A DNA stretch of 64,000 nt from Rebecca billardiae RCC1528 (Eukaryota > Protista > Haptophyta): the NCBI GenBank assembly GCA_965240325.2, contig OZ251226.1, positions 3,100,001 through 3,164,000 on the forward strand, given 5' to 3'. Below are positions 1-11,199 of the stretch, piece by piece (the first letter of the stretch is position 1; the number at the start of each line of letters is the position of its first letter). The notes beneath the pieces are model-generated. The model ran no database searches. It was given only the letters and a program-made list of their open reading frames with translations, and was not told the DNA's origin. Position numbers and translations under genes: made by a program.

Positions 1-3000
1 GGCGGTGCAGCGCAAGGGCCGCGCGCTCGTCATCTCGCTCGCGGACAAGGAGTGCGAGTACACCGAGTCGTTCAAGCTGTCGCTCACGTCGAAGCTGGCC
101 AACCCGCACTTCTCGCCCGAGCTCTTCGCGCAGGTCACGGTGATCAACTTCACTGTGACGATGGGCGGCCTCGAGCAGCAGCTGCTCGCGCGCGTGCTGC
201 AGAAGGAGCGCGCCGAGCTCGAGGAGCAGCGGCAGAAGCTGGTCGAGGACGTCAACTACAACAAGAAGATCCTCAAGCAGCTCGAGGACGACCTGCTCTT
301 CCGGCTGGCGAACTCGACGGGCAACCTGCTCGACGACACCGAGCTGATCGAGGTGCTGAACAACACCAAGACCACCTCGGCCGAGGTGTCGGAGAAGCTC
401 GCCAACGCGGAGGACACGGACAAGCGCATCAACGTGGCGCGAGAGGAGTACCGGCCGGTCGCGACGCGCGGCGCGCTGCTCTACTTCCTGATCGTGGACA
501 TGTCGGCGGTGAACCCGATGTACCAGACGTCGCTCGCGCAGTTCCTCGGCCTCTTCGACTTCTCGATCGAGAACTCGGAGAAGAAGCCGAACATGCTCGC
601 CTCGAAGCGCATCAACATCATCATCGAGTTCCTCACCTTCCACGCGACGTGCTACGTGCAGCGCGGCCTCTTCGAGCGGCACAAGGTGGTGTGGGTGCTG
701 ATGCTCACGATGAAGATCGAGTCGGTGGCGGAGACGCTCTCGCAGGCGTACATCCAGTGCCTGCTCAAGGGCGGCGGCGCGCTCGACATCAAGTCGGAGC
801 GGCAGAAGCCGGCCGCGTGGATCCCAGACAACGTGTGGCTCAACATCATCGCGACCTCGCAGACGGTGCTCATGCTGCGCGACCTGCCCGACAGCGTCGC
901 GCGCAACGAGCAGATGTGGCGGCACTGGTACGACGAGGACGCGCCCGAGCAGGCGAAGATCCCCGAGTACGACGACCGGCTCACCCTCTTCGAGAAGCTG
1001 CTCGTCGTGCGCTCGATCCGCGAGGACCGCGCGCTGCTCTCCGTGCAGACGTACATCTCGGAGACGATCGGCCAGCGCTACATCGACTCGCGCCCGCTCA
1101 ACCTGCGCGAGACGGAGGAGGAGGCGAACTTCCGCACGCCGCTCGTCGCGCTGCTCTCGCGCGGCGCCGACGTCACCGGCATCATCATGGACCTCGCCAA
1201 GAAGAAGAAGGTGCAGGTCGCGTCGATCTCGCTCGGGCAGGGGCAGGAGCCGGCCGCGCGCAAGCTGATGACGGCGGGCATGCAGAACGGCACGTGGGTC
1301 ATGCTGCAGAACTGCCACCTGGGGCTCAAGTACATGGTGGAGGTGGAGCAGCAGCTGATCAAGCTGGACGAGGACCAGGTGAACTCGCTCTTCCGCCTGT
1401 GGATCACCGTCGAGCCGCACCCCAAGTTCCCGATCGGGCTGCTGCAGATCTCGATCAAGATCACCAACGAGCCGCCGGTCGGCATCCGCGCCGGCCTCAA
1501 GGGCTCGTACGCGTGGCTCAACCAGGACGTGCTCGACACGGTGTCGCAGCCGCAGTGGAAGACGATGCTGTACGCGCTCTGCTTCATGCACACCGTCGTG
1601 CAGGAGCGGCGCAAGTTCGGCCCGCTCGGCTTCAACGTGCCGTACGAGTTCAACCAGTCCGACCTCTCCGCGTCCGTGCAGTTCATGCAGAACCATCTCA
1701 ACGAGGTCGAGGGGAAGAAGCGGCCGGTCGACTGGATCGTGGTGAACTACATGGTGTGCGAGGTGCAGTACGGCGGCAAGATCACCGACGACTGGGACCG
1801 CCGCCTCTTCAACACGTACGGCCAGGCGTGGCTCACCTCGCGCATCCTGGGCGCCGACTTTGAGTTCTACCCGGGCTACCGCATCCCGACCGGCTCCGAC
1901 ATCGAGATCTTCCGCAAGTACATCGAGGAGCTGCCGTACAACGACAACCCGGAGATCTTCGGGCTGCACGTCAACGCCGACCTCGCGTACCGCACGCTGC
2001 TCACCAGCGACGTGCTCACCACCATCCTCGACTCGCAGCCCAAGGAGGGCGGCGGCTCGGGCGGGCTCACGCGCGAGGAGATCGTGATCAAGATTGTCGA
2101 GGACCTGCAGGCCAAGCTGCCCAAGGACTACGACATGGACGAGAAGAAGGTGCGCGGCGCGCGCGCGAGAGAGGATGCGCGCGCGCGCGCGCCGAGCGCG
2201 CTCGCTCACCCCCGCGCGCCCCGCCGCGCCGCCGCCCCCCGCAGGCGTGCATCAAGGCGATCGGCGGGATGGGCCGTCCGCTCAACATTTGCCTCTCGCA
2301 GGAGATCGACCGCCTGCAGAAGGTGCTCTCCGTCGTGCGCCGGATGCTCGCCAACCTCAAGCTGGCCATCGCCGGTGCGTGCTGCGCGTGCGTCGCGACG
2401 CCGCGCCGCCGCCCTCGCCGCCCGCCGCCGCCGCCGCCGCCGCAACCGGCGCTCACGCGCGCTCGCGCGCGCACGCGGCCCGCTGCCCGGCGCTCCCCGG
2501 TGCGTCCTCCTCACGCGCAGGCACCATTGTCATGTCGCCCGAGCTGCAGAACGCGCTGGACGCGCTCTTCCTCGCGCGCGTGCCCGAGCTGTGGGAGAAG
2601 GTGTCGCAGCTCATCATGCCCAACATCGGGCTGTGGTGGGTCAGCGTGCTCGGCCGCAACGAGCAGCTCTCGAGCTGGATGCGGAATAACCGGCCAAACT
2701 GCTTCTGGTGCGCTCCGCGCCGCGCGCTCGGCCGCCGCGGCGCCGCGCGCGCGCGCGCCGCCCGTGGGCGCGCCACGCCGCCCCGCGCCGCGCGCGCGCC
2801 GCTCGCTGACCTCCGTCCGCGCCGCGCCCGCGCGCGCGCCCGCCGCCCCGCAGGCTCACCGGCTTCTTCAACCCGCAGGGCTTCCTCACGGCGAACCGGC
2901 AAGAGGTGTGCCGCAAGCACGTGAAGGAGGGCTGGGCGCTCGACGACGTCGTCTCCACGTACGAGGTGCAGAAGGCGGAGAAGGACGAGGTGCGCAAGGG

Positions 3001-3301
3001 GCCCGAGGAGGGCGTGTACATCTACGGCTTCTTCCTCGACGGGTGCAAGTGGGACAAGGAGAGGGGCCGGCTCGTCGACTCGGACCCGAAGGTGCTGTGG
3101 GCCCAGCTGCCCGTGCTGCACATCTCCGCCTGCCTGCAGTCGGCCAAGAAGGCCGACCCCAACCACACGTACGTCTGCCCGCTGTACAAGAACCCCAAGC
3201 GCACGGGGCTCAACTACATCGCGCCCGTTGACCTGCGCACAGAAGACCCGCCAAACAAGTGGACGCTGCGAGGCGTGTGCTTGCTGTGCTCCAAGGACTG
3301 A
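1..3301 (+). CDS. Axonemal dynein heavy chain, C-terminal part (AAA5-AAA6-C domain), outer-arm gamma/DNAH5-8 type; 5' partial
   Basis: Motifs SLGQGQE, MLQNCHLGL, VVQERRKFGPLGFNVPYEFNQSD, EVQYGGKITDDWDRR, WLTGFFNPQGFLTA, WTLRGVCLLC. GT-AG introns at 2150-2244, 2375-2520 and 2708-2853 join ORFs 5..2689, 2269.., 2094.. and 2906..3301 in frame. Confidence 0.95.
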
Positions 3302-3692
3302 GCTCGGGAGTCGGCATCATCCACTACGGGTAATACTAATAATAAGTTAGTACTACAAATATAAGTATAATAATAACTAGAGGCTCGTCTGGCTCCGCGG
3401 GGTCTGTCTGAGTCCAGCACTCATTATATATATATATAGCGCATCAGCGCTAATAAGCAGCAGCTATAGCAGCAGTACCCGCTGGTACTCCGTACTCGCG
3501 GGTAGCAGCAGTCTGCAGTGATCTGTGACTCTGATGACGATGACCGTCATGACTATATACCGCGATCTCGCCGTGACACGGCTGACAGTGACACGCAACT
3601 CCATGCCCATGGCTGCGTTCCGCCGTGGGCCACCTGCTGCGCGCGCAGAATCCACTTTCCAGCGGGGGCGTCGGCCACCGGTCTCGCACCGC

Positions 3693-5422
3693 TCAAACCG
3701 GCGGTGCGCGCGGTGCGGGCTGAGGCTCCAGGGCCGCCGCGCGGCCAGCGGTGCGCCCAAAGACGACACACTCGAGCAGCGAGTTGCCCGCCAGTCGGTT
3801 CGCGCCGTGCACGCCGCCCGTGACCTCGCCCGCGCCGTACAGGCCACCGATCGGCGCGCCTGTCGGCTCGGCGAGCACCTGCGCGCCCGCGCCAATGCGC
3901 ACGCCGCCCATGCAGTAGTGCAGCGCGGGCGTCACCTCCATCGCGTAGAAGGGCCCGTCCTCCGCCTCCTCCGCCCCCGCGGCCGGCCCCGCGCCCAGCA
4001 CGGGCGCGGGGAACACGGTCTTGCCGTGCGGGCAGCGCACCGCCTCGCCCGCGGCCGCGCGCGCCGCGAGCGCGTCGTACGCGCCGAGCTCGGCCTCGAG
4101 CTCGGAGGCGGGGACGCGGAGGTGCGCGGCGAGCGCGCCGAGGCCGCGCAGCTCAGTCGCGAGCCCCTTCGCCGCGTAGAAGCCCAGCGTGCCCAGCCCA
4201 AAGGAGCGCGCGGCCGCGGCGCCGAGCACGAGGGTGGCGCGCGCGCCCGGCAGCGCGCGCATCGCAGCCGTCACGGCCGCGCGCGTGGCGAGCTCGTCGA
4301 CGAAGCGCGCGCCGCGCGCATCGAGCAGCACGCCGCCGGCGCCGCGCAGCGCCTCCGGCGCGAGCCACTTCGTCCGCGCCTCCGGCTCCGAGCCGTTCAC
4401 CAGCGCGGTCGGGTGCACCTGCACCTGCGCCATGTGCACGAGCGCGGCGCCCGCGGCCGCGCCCAGCTCGATGCCGTCGCCGCTCGCCGTGGGGCCGTTG
4501 GTGGTGGGCAGCGCGGCGAGCTCGGGGGCCCAGCGCTCGAGGTGCGCGGCCGAGGCGGCGAAGCCGCCGGTCGCGAGAACCACCGCGCGCGCGGGCTGCA
4601 CCACCTCCTCGCCGCCCGCCGAGCGGAGCGCGACCGCGCACACGCGCGCGCTCGCGTCCGCCGCGGCCGCGCACGGCACGCCTGCGAGCTCGGTGAGCAG
4701 CGCGCGCGCGCGCGTGCCCACGCGCACGTCGATGCCGGCGTCGGCGCGCGCGGCAGCGCCGAGCGCGCGGACGATCACGGCGCCCACATTCGGGCCGGGC
4801 GGCTCGTTCCGGTGCGTGCGCGCCACGCTGTGCGCGCCGCACTGCGAGCGCTTGGCGAGCGTCACGCCGTGCTCCTCCAGGAACGAGCGCGCGGAGGGCG
4901 ACTCGGCCTGGGGGGCGCGGCGCGGGTGGAGGGCGCGCGTGCGCGTGGTGCGCTGGCGTGAGCGCACGCGCGCTGGCGTGCGGACGCGCGCGCGCCCTTC
5001 GCCGCGCGCACCACGAGCTTGCGCACGAGGGCCTCGTCCGAGAGCCCGCCGCCCGAGCGCACGGTGTCGCCCACAAAGAGCGCCTCGTCGTCGCCGGCGT
5101 CGGGCGCGAGCCAGTTCATGCCGGACGAGGCCTTTGCGCTGTTCCCGCCGAGATCGCTCGCGGCCTCCACGAGCACCACGCGCGCATCCGACGAGCGTCG
5201 CGCCTCGAGCGCGGCGCTCAGCCCGGCCAGCCCGCCGCCGATCACGACCACCGGCCACTCCTCCGACACGCCGGGCGCGATGGTGCCATCGGCGCCGACC
5301 GGCACGCGCTGAAGATGTGGCTCGTCGCTGCCGCCGGCCGCCGCGACGGCACCACCGCCCCATGCACCTGCGCACACCATCGCCACCGTCGTGGCCAGCC
5401 CCACGCGGCGCACGACGCCCAT
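3693..5422 (-). CDS. Soluble FAD-dependent fumarate reductase / flavocytochrome c flavin subunit (Osm1/Frd1-like) with hydrophobic N-terminal leader
   Basis: Exons 5422-5012 and 4907-3693 (intron 4908-5011, GT..CAG, phase 0). Motifs VVVIGGGLAGLSAA, GGNSAKASSGMN, GAHSVARTH, VVLATGGF, QVHPT, LAPEALRGAGG, HYCMGG, GGVHGANRLAGNSLLECVVFG. Confidence 0.93.
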
Positions 5423-5561
5423 CGCGTGATCGCGCGCCCGCCCGCGCTGCGGTGCCCGGTGGACGTTGGACGAAACTTAGCCCTCGTCCAATCAAAATGC
5501 GCCACGCGGCTCCGCAAGCTCGCCAGCGTGGCGGCCTGCCACGTCCGCACCGCCGCTCACG

Positions 5562-7313
5562 ATGGGACCGGCGGAGCGAATGACGGCGGCGTGCGTGCTC
5601 GCCGCCCTCGTGATGGTGGCGCTGGCGCCGAGCGGCGCGCGCGCAGCCGTGCGGCACAACCCGTGGGAGGCGCTTCCGCCGACCACTGCCGGCGAGACGT
5701 GCGTCGAGGGCCCGGTCGGCGACGCCGCGTGTGAGTCGAGCGCGGTCGAGCGCGCCAACGCCGATCACCTGCACGCCGTCCTCGAGGAGCTCGCGGACAC
5801 GACGTTCTTCCGGCTCTTCCGCGCGGACCTGAGCGGCAAGTGCCCGTTCGAGCGCTTCGGCGGTGGCGCCGACGCCGCCGCAGAGGGCTGCCCGTCCGCC
5901 GCGGCCGGCGCCGACGCGGGTGAGGGCGGCGGCGGCGCCAGCAGCTGCGACGTGCGCGACGACGCGCACGCGCGCATCCTGGGCGATGCGGCGCGCACGT
6001 CCGACCCGGTGGACACGACGCTCTCCTCGGCGGAGGACCGCGCCGCGGGCGGGACCGCGGCGGACGACGCCGCGTGCGACGACGACGACGACCTCCCCGA
6101 GTTCTGGCTCGACCTGTGCGAGGCGGCGGGCGGCGGCGGCGGCGCGGCGGGCGGCGGCGGCGAGATGGTCAACCTCCGGCGCAACGTCGAGTCGGACACG
6201 GGGTACAACGGCACGGACATCTGGCGCGCGATCTACGAGGAGAACTGCTTCGTCGGCGCCTCCGGCGGCGCGGCGCAGCAGGCCATGTGCTTCGAGGAGC
6301 GCGTCCTCTTCCGCCTCCTCTCGGGCATGCACACGTCGATCAACGTGCACGTGGCCATGGACAGGAACGTCACCAAGAAGGGGCGCGACGGCGGGCCGCC
6401 GCCGAGCGCCGCGCAGCTGTACCGCTGGCAGTTCGGCGGCGAGAAGGCCGAGCGGCTGCGCAACCTGCACTTCGCCTTCGTCGTCATGCTCCGCGCGCTC
6501 GCCAAGGGCGCGGACCTGGTGCGCGCGTACGACTTCCGCTCGTTCGCGGCGGCCGCGGCGGGCGCGGGCGCCGACGACGCCGACGACGGCGCGCGCACCG
6601 CCGCGCTCGCCGAGCACCTGATCGGCTCGTGCGCGCTGCGCTCGTGCGCGTCGGTCTTCGACGCGTTCGACGAGCGGCAGCTCTTCGGCGCCTCGCCGTC
6701 GCACGCCGCCGTGACCGGCGCGCAGCAGCACACGTGGTGGTCGCTCAAGCGGCAGTTCAAGGGTGTGTTCCACAACATCTCGCGCATCGCGGACTGCGTG
6801 CCGTGCCAAAAGTGCCGGCTGCACTTCAAGGTGCAGCTGCTCGGCATCGGCACGGCGCTCAAGTGGCTGCTGCTCCCGCCCGAGCTCATCGCCTCGGCGA
6901 CCAGCCGCGACGAGCTCGTGGCGTTTGTGAACACGCTCGCCAAGTTCTCGCGCGCGATCGCGTGGTCGACGCAGCTGGGCGAGCTGGCGGCGGCGGCGAG
7001 CGCGGCGGAGGGCGTGGCGGTGCAGCCGCAGGCGAGCGGCGCGGCGCACGGCGCGCCGTCAGGCGGGACGAAGGGGGCGGCGGCTGGCACCGAACCGCTC
7101 GACGCGCACGCCGAGCTAGATCGTGCCGTTGGCCTCGTCGCTCGCGCGCGCCGTGCGGGCCTCATCGACGACTCCGCCGAGCGCTCGCTGCTCGCGCGCG
7201 CGCTGCGCGCCGACGCGGCGTTTGCGAGCCTCGTGCGGCACTACGGCGACGACGCGATGCGCCATCTGCCTCTGCTCGCCGAGGGGCGCGGCGCGGCGGA
7301 GGCGGCGACGTGA
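5562..7313 (+). CDS. ERO1: Endoplasmic reticulum oxidoreductin 1
   Basis: Signal peptide (start 5562 or 5580). Motifs L..TTFFRLFRADLSGKCPF, VNLRRNVESDTGYNG..IWRAIYEENCF, CFEERVLFRLLSGMHTSINVH, ERLRNLHF, and inner active site NISRIADCVPCQKCRL..K.Q..G.GTALK.L. Extra ~110-aa C-terminal extension. Confidence 0.95.
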   Translation: MGPAERMTAACVLAALVMVALAPSGARAAVRHNPWEALPPTTAGETCVEGPVGDAACESSAVERANADHLHAVLEELADTTFFRLFRADLSGKCPFERFGGGADAAAEGCPSAAAGADAGEGGGGASSCDVRDDAHARILGDAARTSDPVDTTLSSAEDRAAGGTAADDAACDDDDDLPEFWLDLCEAAGGGGGAAGGGGEMVNLRRNVESDTGYNGTDIWRAIYEENCFVGASGGAAQQAMCFEERVLFRLLSGMHTSINVHVAMDRNVTKKGRDGGPPPSAAQLYRWQFGGEKAERLRNLHFAFVVMLRALAKGADLVRAYDFRSFAAAAAGAGADDADDGARTAALAEHLIGSCALRSCASVFDAFDERQLFGASPSHAAVTGAQQHTWWSLKRQFKGVFHNISRIADCVPCQKCRLHFKVQLLGIGTALKWLLLPPELIASATSRDELVAFVNTLAKFSRAIAWSTQLGELAAAASAAEGVAVQPQASGAAHGAPSGGTKGAAAGTEPLDAHAELDRAVGLVARARRAGLIDDSAERSLLARALRADAAFASLVRHYGDDAMRHLPLLAEGRGAAEAAT

Positions 7314-8535
7314 TCATACGGGTCGTCAGCCCTCGCAGCACTGCCTATCAGCCGCTGCGGGCCCTGGCGCAGGCTGACCCGGGGACACGCGGCATCATTA
7401 ATATTCCAACCCGGAGAGTTGCGCCAGCTGGACAAACGCGAGGACGCTAGCTTTCGTAGATCACGAAGCTACGGAGGGCCTCTGACGAGAGTCGCCTTCG
7501 GATCGGGGCCCTCTCCCGCTGTGCCGCATCGGCGCACGCTCGGCGGGCTACGTTTGCGCACGCCGTGCAGCTCGCGGCGCGTGCGCGTCGGCTAGCTGGC
7601 ACACTGCTCCTGACGCACAAGTCGAATGACCGCAGCTGGGATGCCCTTTCGCGCGGCAAGGACGCGTGCGAGGCCGGTCGCTGCGGCCGAGCGGCGTGAC
7701 CGTGCCGCCTGCACGCTGGGCGCCCATGGACGTGGCTTCGCCGCGCGCGCTGAGGCTGGCGAGCGTCGCGACCGAGTTCCACGACGCGTGCGACGCGCCA
7801 TCTGCCCGCTTCCGTGCCTCCGACGCACGTTATATGCGGGCAACGGCCATCGCCCGCCCATGCGGCGGCGAAGCCGCCATTTGCCGCGCTTTGCCGTTGG
7901 ACAGAGCGCAGAACATTTCGTTTTGAAAAGCGCAGATCTGAAAAGACCGGAAGGCGTTTGTCCAGCTGGCGCAACGCCCCTGGGTACCCGAGGCTCAGGG
8001 GCGTTCCCCGCACTGGTCATACGCCAAATCGAACCGCGTTCCTATTGAAATTGGCTTCCTCTATTTTAAAGCGGGTACATTTGATTATGGCCCGCGCCAG
8101 TCCGGTAGCAATGCCCCCCCCCAGGGGGGGGCATTGCTTTCGGGAGCGTGTGGCAGGATCCCGGGAACGCCCTTGTGTCTCCCGATGCACCGGACGGACG
8201 CACGGATGCATCGGCGGCTGTGGTTGTGCGTCCGGGAGCCGCTGATACACGCGTGGTTCCCTTGCCGTTCCTAATTAAATGACCGCAGCTTGATTCCATG
8301 GTAGTATAAAACGACCGACTTTTACTCACGGTGTATTGAGATAATACAGAGAGACGGGCTTTTAAACCGCTTCGCCCAATCGTCGGCCACTCGGCCATCG
8401 CAACCGGTTTCATCGCCTCAATTAGCGTACTTCATGGGGGTAGATCCTGGGGTTAATTGCTCGGTTCCGTCGCTTTGTGGAATTGTGGCTGGTGTCGGTA
8501 CAGCTTGGACGTCAGCCGCCCCGCCCCGCCCCACG

Positions 8536-9750
8536 ATGCCGAACCTCGACGCAGAGCTACGGCTCGCCTGCGCCAAGGGCGACCTGGAGGACGTGAAGGA
8601 GCTCATCAGCATGGGCGCGGACCCAAACGCTGAGGATCCGAAGAGTAAGACCACGCCAATGCACGCCGCGGCGCGCGCGGGCAAGGACGACGTGATCATG
8701 CTCCTCCGAAAGTACAAGGCGGAGACGGTTGTGGAGGACAAGGATGGCGCCACACCGCTGGCCCTGGCCGTGCGGTCGGGCCACTACTCGACCGCGGAGA
8801 TGCTCACCCGTGGCAAGGCGCACACGAGCTTGATCGACGCCCCGGACAACAACGGGCGCACGCCCGCCTGGTGGGCGGCGTTCCGCGGAGATGGCCATAT
8901 CTTCGAGCTGCTCGTTGCGCGCGGCGCGGACCTCAAGCTGCGCGACGTGTCACGCAGGAGACCCATCGACGTGGCTATCCAGGCGGACCACTTCGATTGC
9001 GCCAACCTGGCGCGGCTCACCAGGCGCGAGGTCGAGCAGCTCAAGTCAACAGACGACGAGCGTGCGGCCACTGCCGAAGAGGAGCGCCGCAAAAAGCGCG
9101 CTGCGCAGCAGGCTGCGGCGGCCGGCTCGATGAAGAAGTCCCGCCGCGGCACAGATTCGGAAGGCGGCATGACGGCGGACGGCGGGCTCTACAAGCGCCG
9201 CTTGAGTGAGCCCAACCCTCAGGTCCCACTCGGCACCTCGCCCCCCGTCTCGGGGAAGGCCAGCCAAATCGACCCGCGCTCAGCAGAGGGTCGGCGGGCT
9301 GCGTCCGGGACCGCGCCCCGACGAACCTTTTTCGGTACCTCGCCGAAGGCCTCGCCGACGGCCGGCCGCGCCGTGGAGGACCCGCCGTCCCGTCAGCGCA
9401 CCCCGCCCAAGCTCAACCCGCTGGACGCACCGATAGGCTTGTCGCGCAAGTCACCCCCGACCGAGCCCGCCGAGCCGAATGGTGACGCAAGCACGGGGAG
9501 GCGCGGCTCCATCACCGCGGCCATGCTTTCCATGCAAATGCCTTTCGCTGGCACGAACGGCCGCCGACCCTCAATCCCAGGAGTCCGAATGCGCCGCCGT
9601 GGCTCCTTGCCTCCGCCGGAGCCGGGCACGAAGCCGGCGCCGCAGCCGACGGGTACGAACGCCTCACCCACGGGCCCCCGGTGGAACATGCCGCGGATGC
9701 CCAGGCCGGGCGGGAAGGCGGGGATCCGGCTGCCGCAGCTCAGCGCGTGA
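8536..9750 (+). CDS. Ankyrin-repeat protein with disordered C-terminal half
   Basis: Ankyrin repeats (TTPMHAAARAGKDDVI.LL, GATPLALAVRSGH, GRTPAWWAAFRGD). First ATG in the ORF with coding-like codons is at 8536. Confidence 0.85.
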   Translation: MPNLDAELRLACAKGDLEDVKELISMGADPNAEDPKSKTTPMHAAARAGKDDVIMLLRKYKAETVVEDKDGATPLALAVRSGHYSTAEMLTRGKAHTSLIDAPDNNGRTPAWWAAFRGDGHIFELLVARGADLKLRDVSRRRPIDVAIQADHFDCANLARLTRREVEQLKSTDDERAATAEEERRKKRAAQQAAAAGSMKKSRRGTDSEGGMTADGGLYKRRLSEPNPQVPLGTSPPVSGKASQIDPRSAEGRRAASGTAPRRTFFGTSPKASPTAGRAVEDPPSRQRTPPKLNPLDAPIGLSRKSPPTEPAEPNGDASTGRRGSITAAMLSMQMPFAGTNGRRPSIPGVRMRRRGSLPPPEPGTKPAPQPTGTNASPTGPRWNMPRMPRPGGKAGIRLPQLSA

Positions 9751-9872
9751 TTGACCTGGGCATCGCGCACTCGAGGCTCATCCGTGGCGAGCGCCCTGCT
9801 AGCTAGTCACATCGTTGTGGCCATTTACACAGTTGGCGCCGGTGATGTGACAGCGTCGCGAGTACGAGTATA

Positions 9873-9917
9873 TAGAGAGAGAGATGTGAGAGCTGAGAGT
9901 CAGCTAGAGAGAGAGTC

Positions 9918-9950
<33 letters not shown>

Positions 9951-9965
9951 TACTGCTATACATCA

Positions 9966-10022
<57 letters not shown>
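9873..10022. repeat. Interrupted (GA)n microsatellite
   Basis: Long GA runs, longest about 9968-10022. Confidence 0.95.
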
Positions 10023-10024
<2 letters not shown>

Positions 10025-10185
10025 TGACACAATTCTGTGATGGTACATACTGTCGTAGTAGTCTTAGTCCGATGCATCCGGCATCCGCAGCCCGCGCCCG
10101 CGGCAGCCCGTGCCCGCCCAGGGCGGCGAGCCCCGCAAGGGCGGCGTCTGCAGGGGCCCTCGTCTGCTCACGATTCGGTCAATAC

Positions 10186-11199
10186 TCAAGCCGCGGCGGA
10201 CCTGTTAGTGGCGTGAACGTAGGGCACTTGCCTGGCGAAGGGGGTCTTCGTGGCCCAGCCCTCGCTTCCCTTCGTCGGCGCGCACGCGGCGGCTCGCATC
10301 TGCGGCTTGGCATGGAGCGCCTGGTCCGCGGCTGCACGCGCCGCTTGCCGCGCAGGCAGCGGCTCATAGAACTCGACGACGCCGGTGGTCATGTCGTAGG
10401 TGGCCCCGACGACGAGCAGCTCACCAGAATCCACCATTGCACGCATCTGCACGTCCTCGACCACAGTGCGCACCTGCGCCAGCGTGTTGACCGCGGCCGC
10501 CTCTCGCGCGCGTGCGCGCGGGTCCCGTATCTTCTTGAGGTTCTCCACCGCGCCGCCGAGGTCCTCCTTGATGCCGGCCAGCAGCCCGCGCAGCCGCGGT
10601 GGCTCGCGCGCGATCTCTTCGTCTGAAAGCTGCGCCGCCGCGACGGCGCCGCAGCCCTCGTGCCCGAGCACGACGATGAGCCGCACCCCGAGGTGGTGCA
10701 CTGCGTACTCGAGGGAGGCGGCAGCGGTCGACCTGCCGACGGCGCCCGCCGTGCGGATGGCGAAGATGTCGCCGAGGCCCTGGTCGAGGACGATCTCGAC
10801 GGGCACGCGGCTGTCAGCGCAGGCGAGCACCGCCACCTTGGGCGTCTGCAACGCGATCATCGTGCGCCGCTCGGCCTTGGACATCTGCGGGCGCTGCGCG
10901 CAGCCTGTCCAGAACCGCGCGTTGCCGTCCTTCAGCTCCTCCAGCGTCTCTTGTGGGCACTGGCGCCGGAGCGCGTCGGCTTGCGCCACGCGCGCCGCGA
11001 TCGCGGCCTCAAGGCCAGGCGATGGCACGTGCCGCACACTGCCCCGCCGATCGAATTGCTGCGCGCTCGTTGCCGGGAGCACGGGCCGTGGGCCACCCCG
11101 CCAGGCGTGGTAGAGGCGCCGCACGAGCCAGAAGTTGAGGAGCGCGAGCGAGACGCCCACAGCCGCGAGGGCATTGTTCAGGAGCGTGGATGGGTCCAT
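10186..11199 (-). CDS. Beta-class carbonic anhydrase with N-terminal hydrophobic segment
   Basis: LKDGNARF, Q.PKVAVLACADSRVP.E.VLDQGLGDIF.IRTAG, SLEYAV.HL, HEGCGAV (Zn ligands C, H, C), GATYDMTTG.V. Confidence 0.93.
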   Translation of the reverse strand: MDPSTLLNNALAAVGVSLALLNFWLVRRLYHAWRGGPRPVLPATSAQQFDRRGSVRHVPSPGLEAAIAARVAQADALRRQCPQETLEELKDGNARFWTGCAQRPQMSKAERRTMIALQTPKVAVLACADSRVPVEIVLDQGLGDIFAIRTAGAVGRSTAAASLEYAVHHLGVRLIVVLGHEGCGAVAAAQLSDEEIAREPPRLRGLLAGIKEDLGGAVENLKKIRDPRARAREAAAVNTLAQVRTVVEDVQMRAMVDSGELLVVGATYDMTTGVVEFYEPLPARQAARAAADQALHAKPQMRAAACAPTKGSEGWATKTPFARQVPYVHATNRSAAA

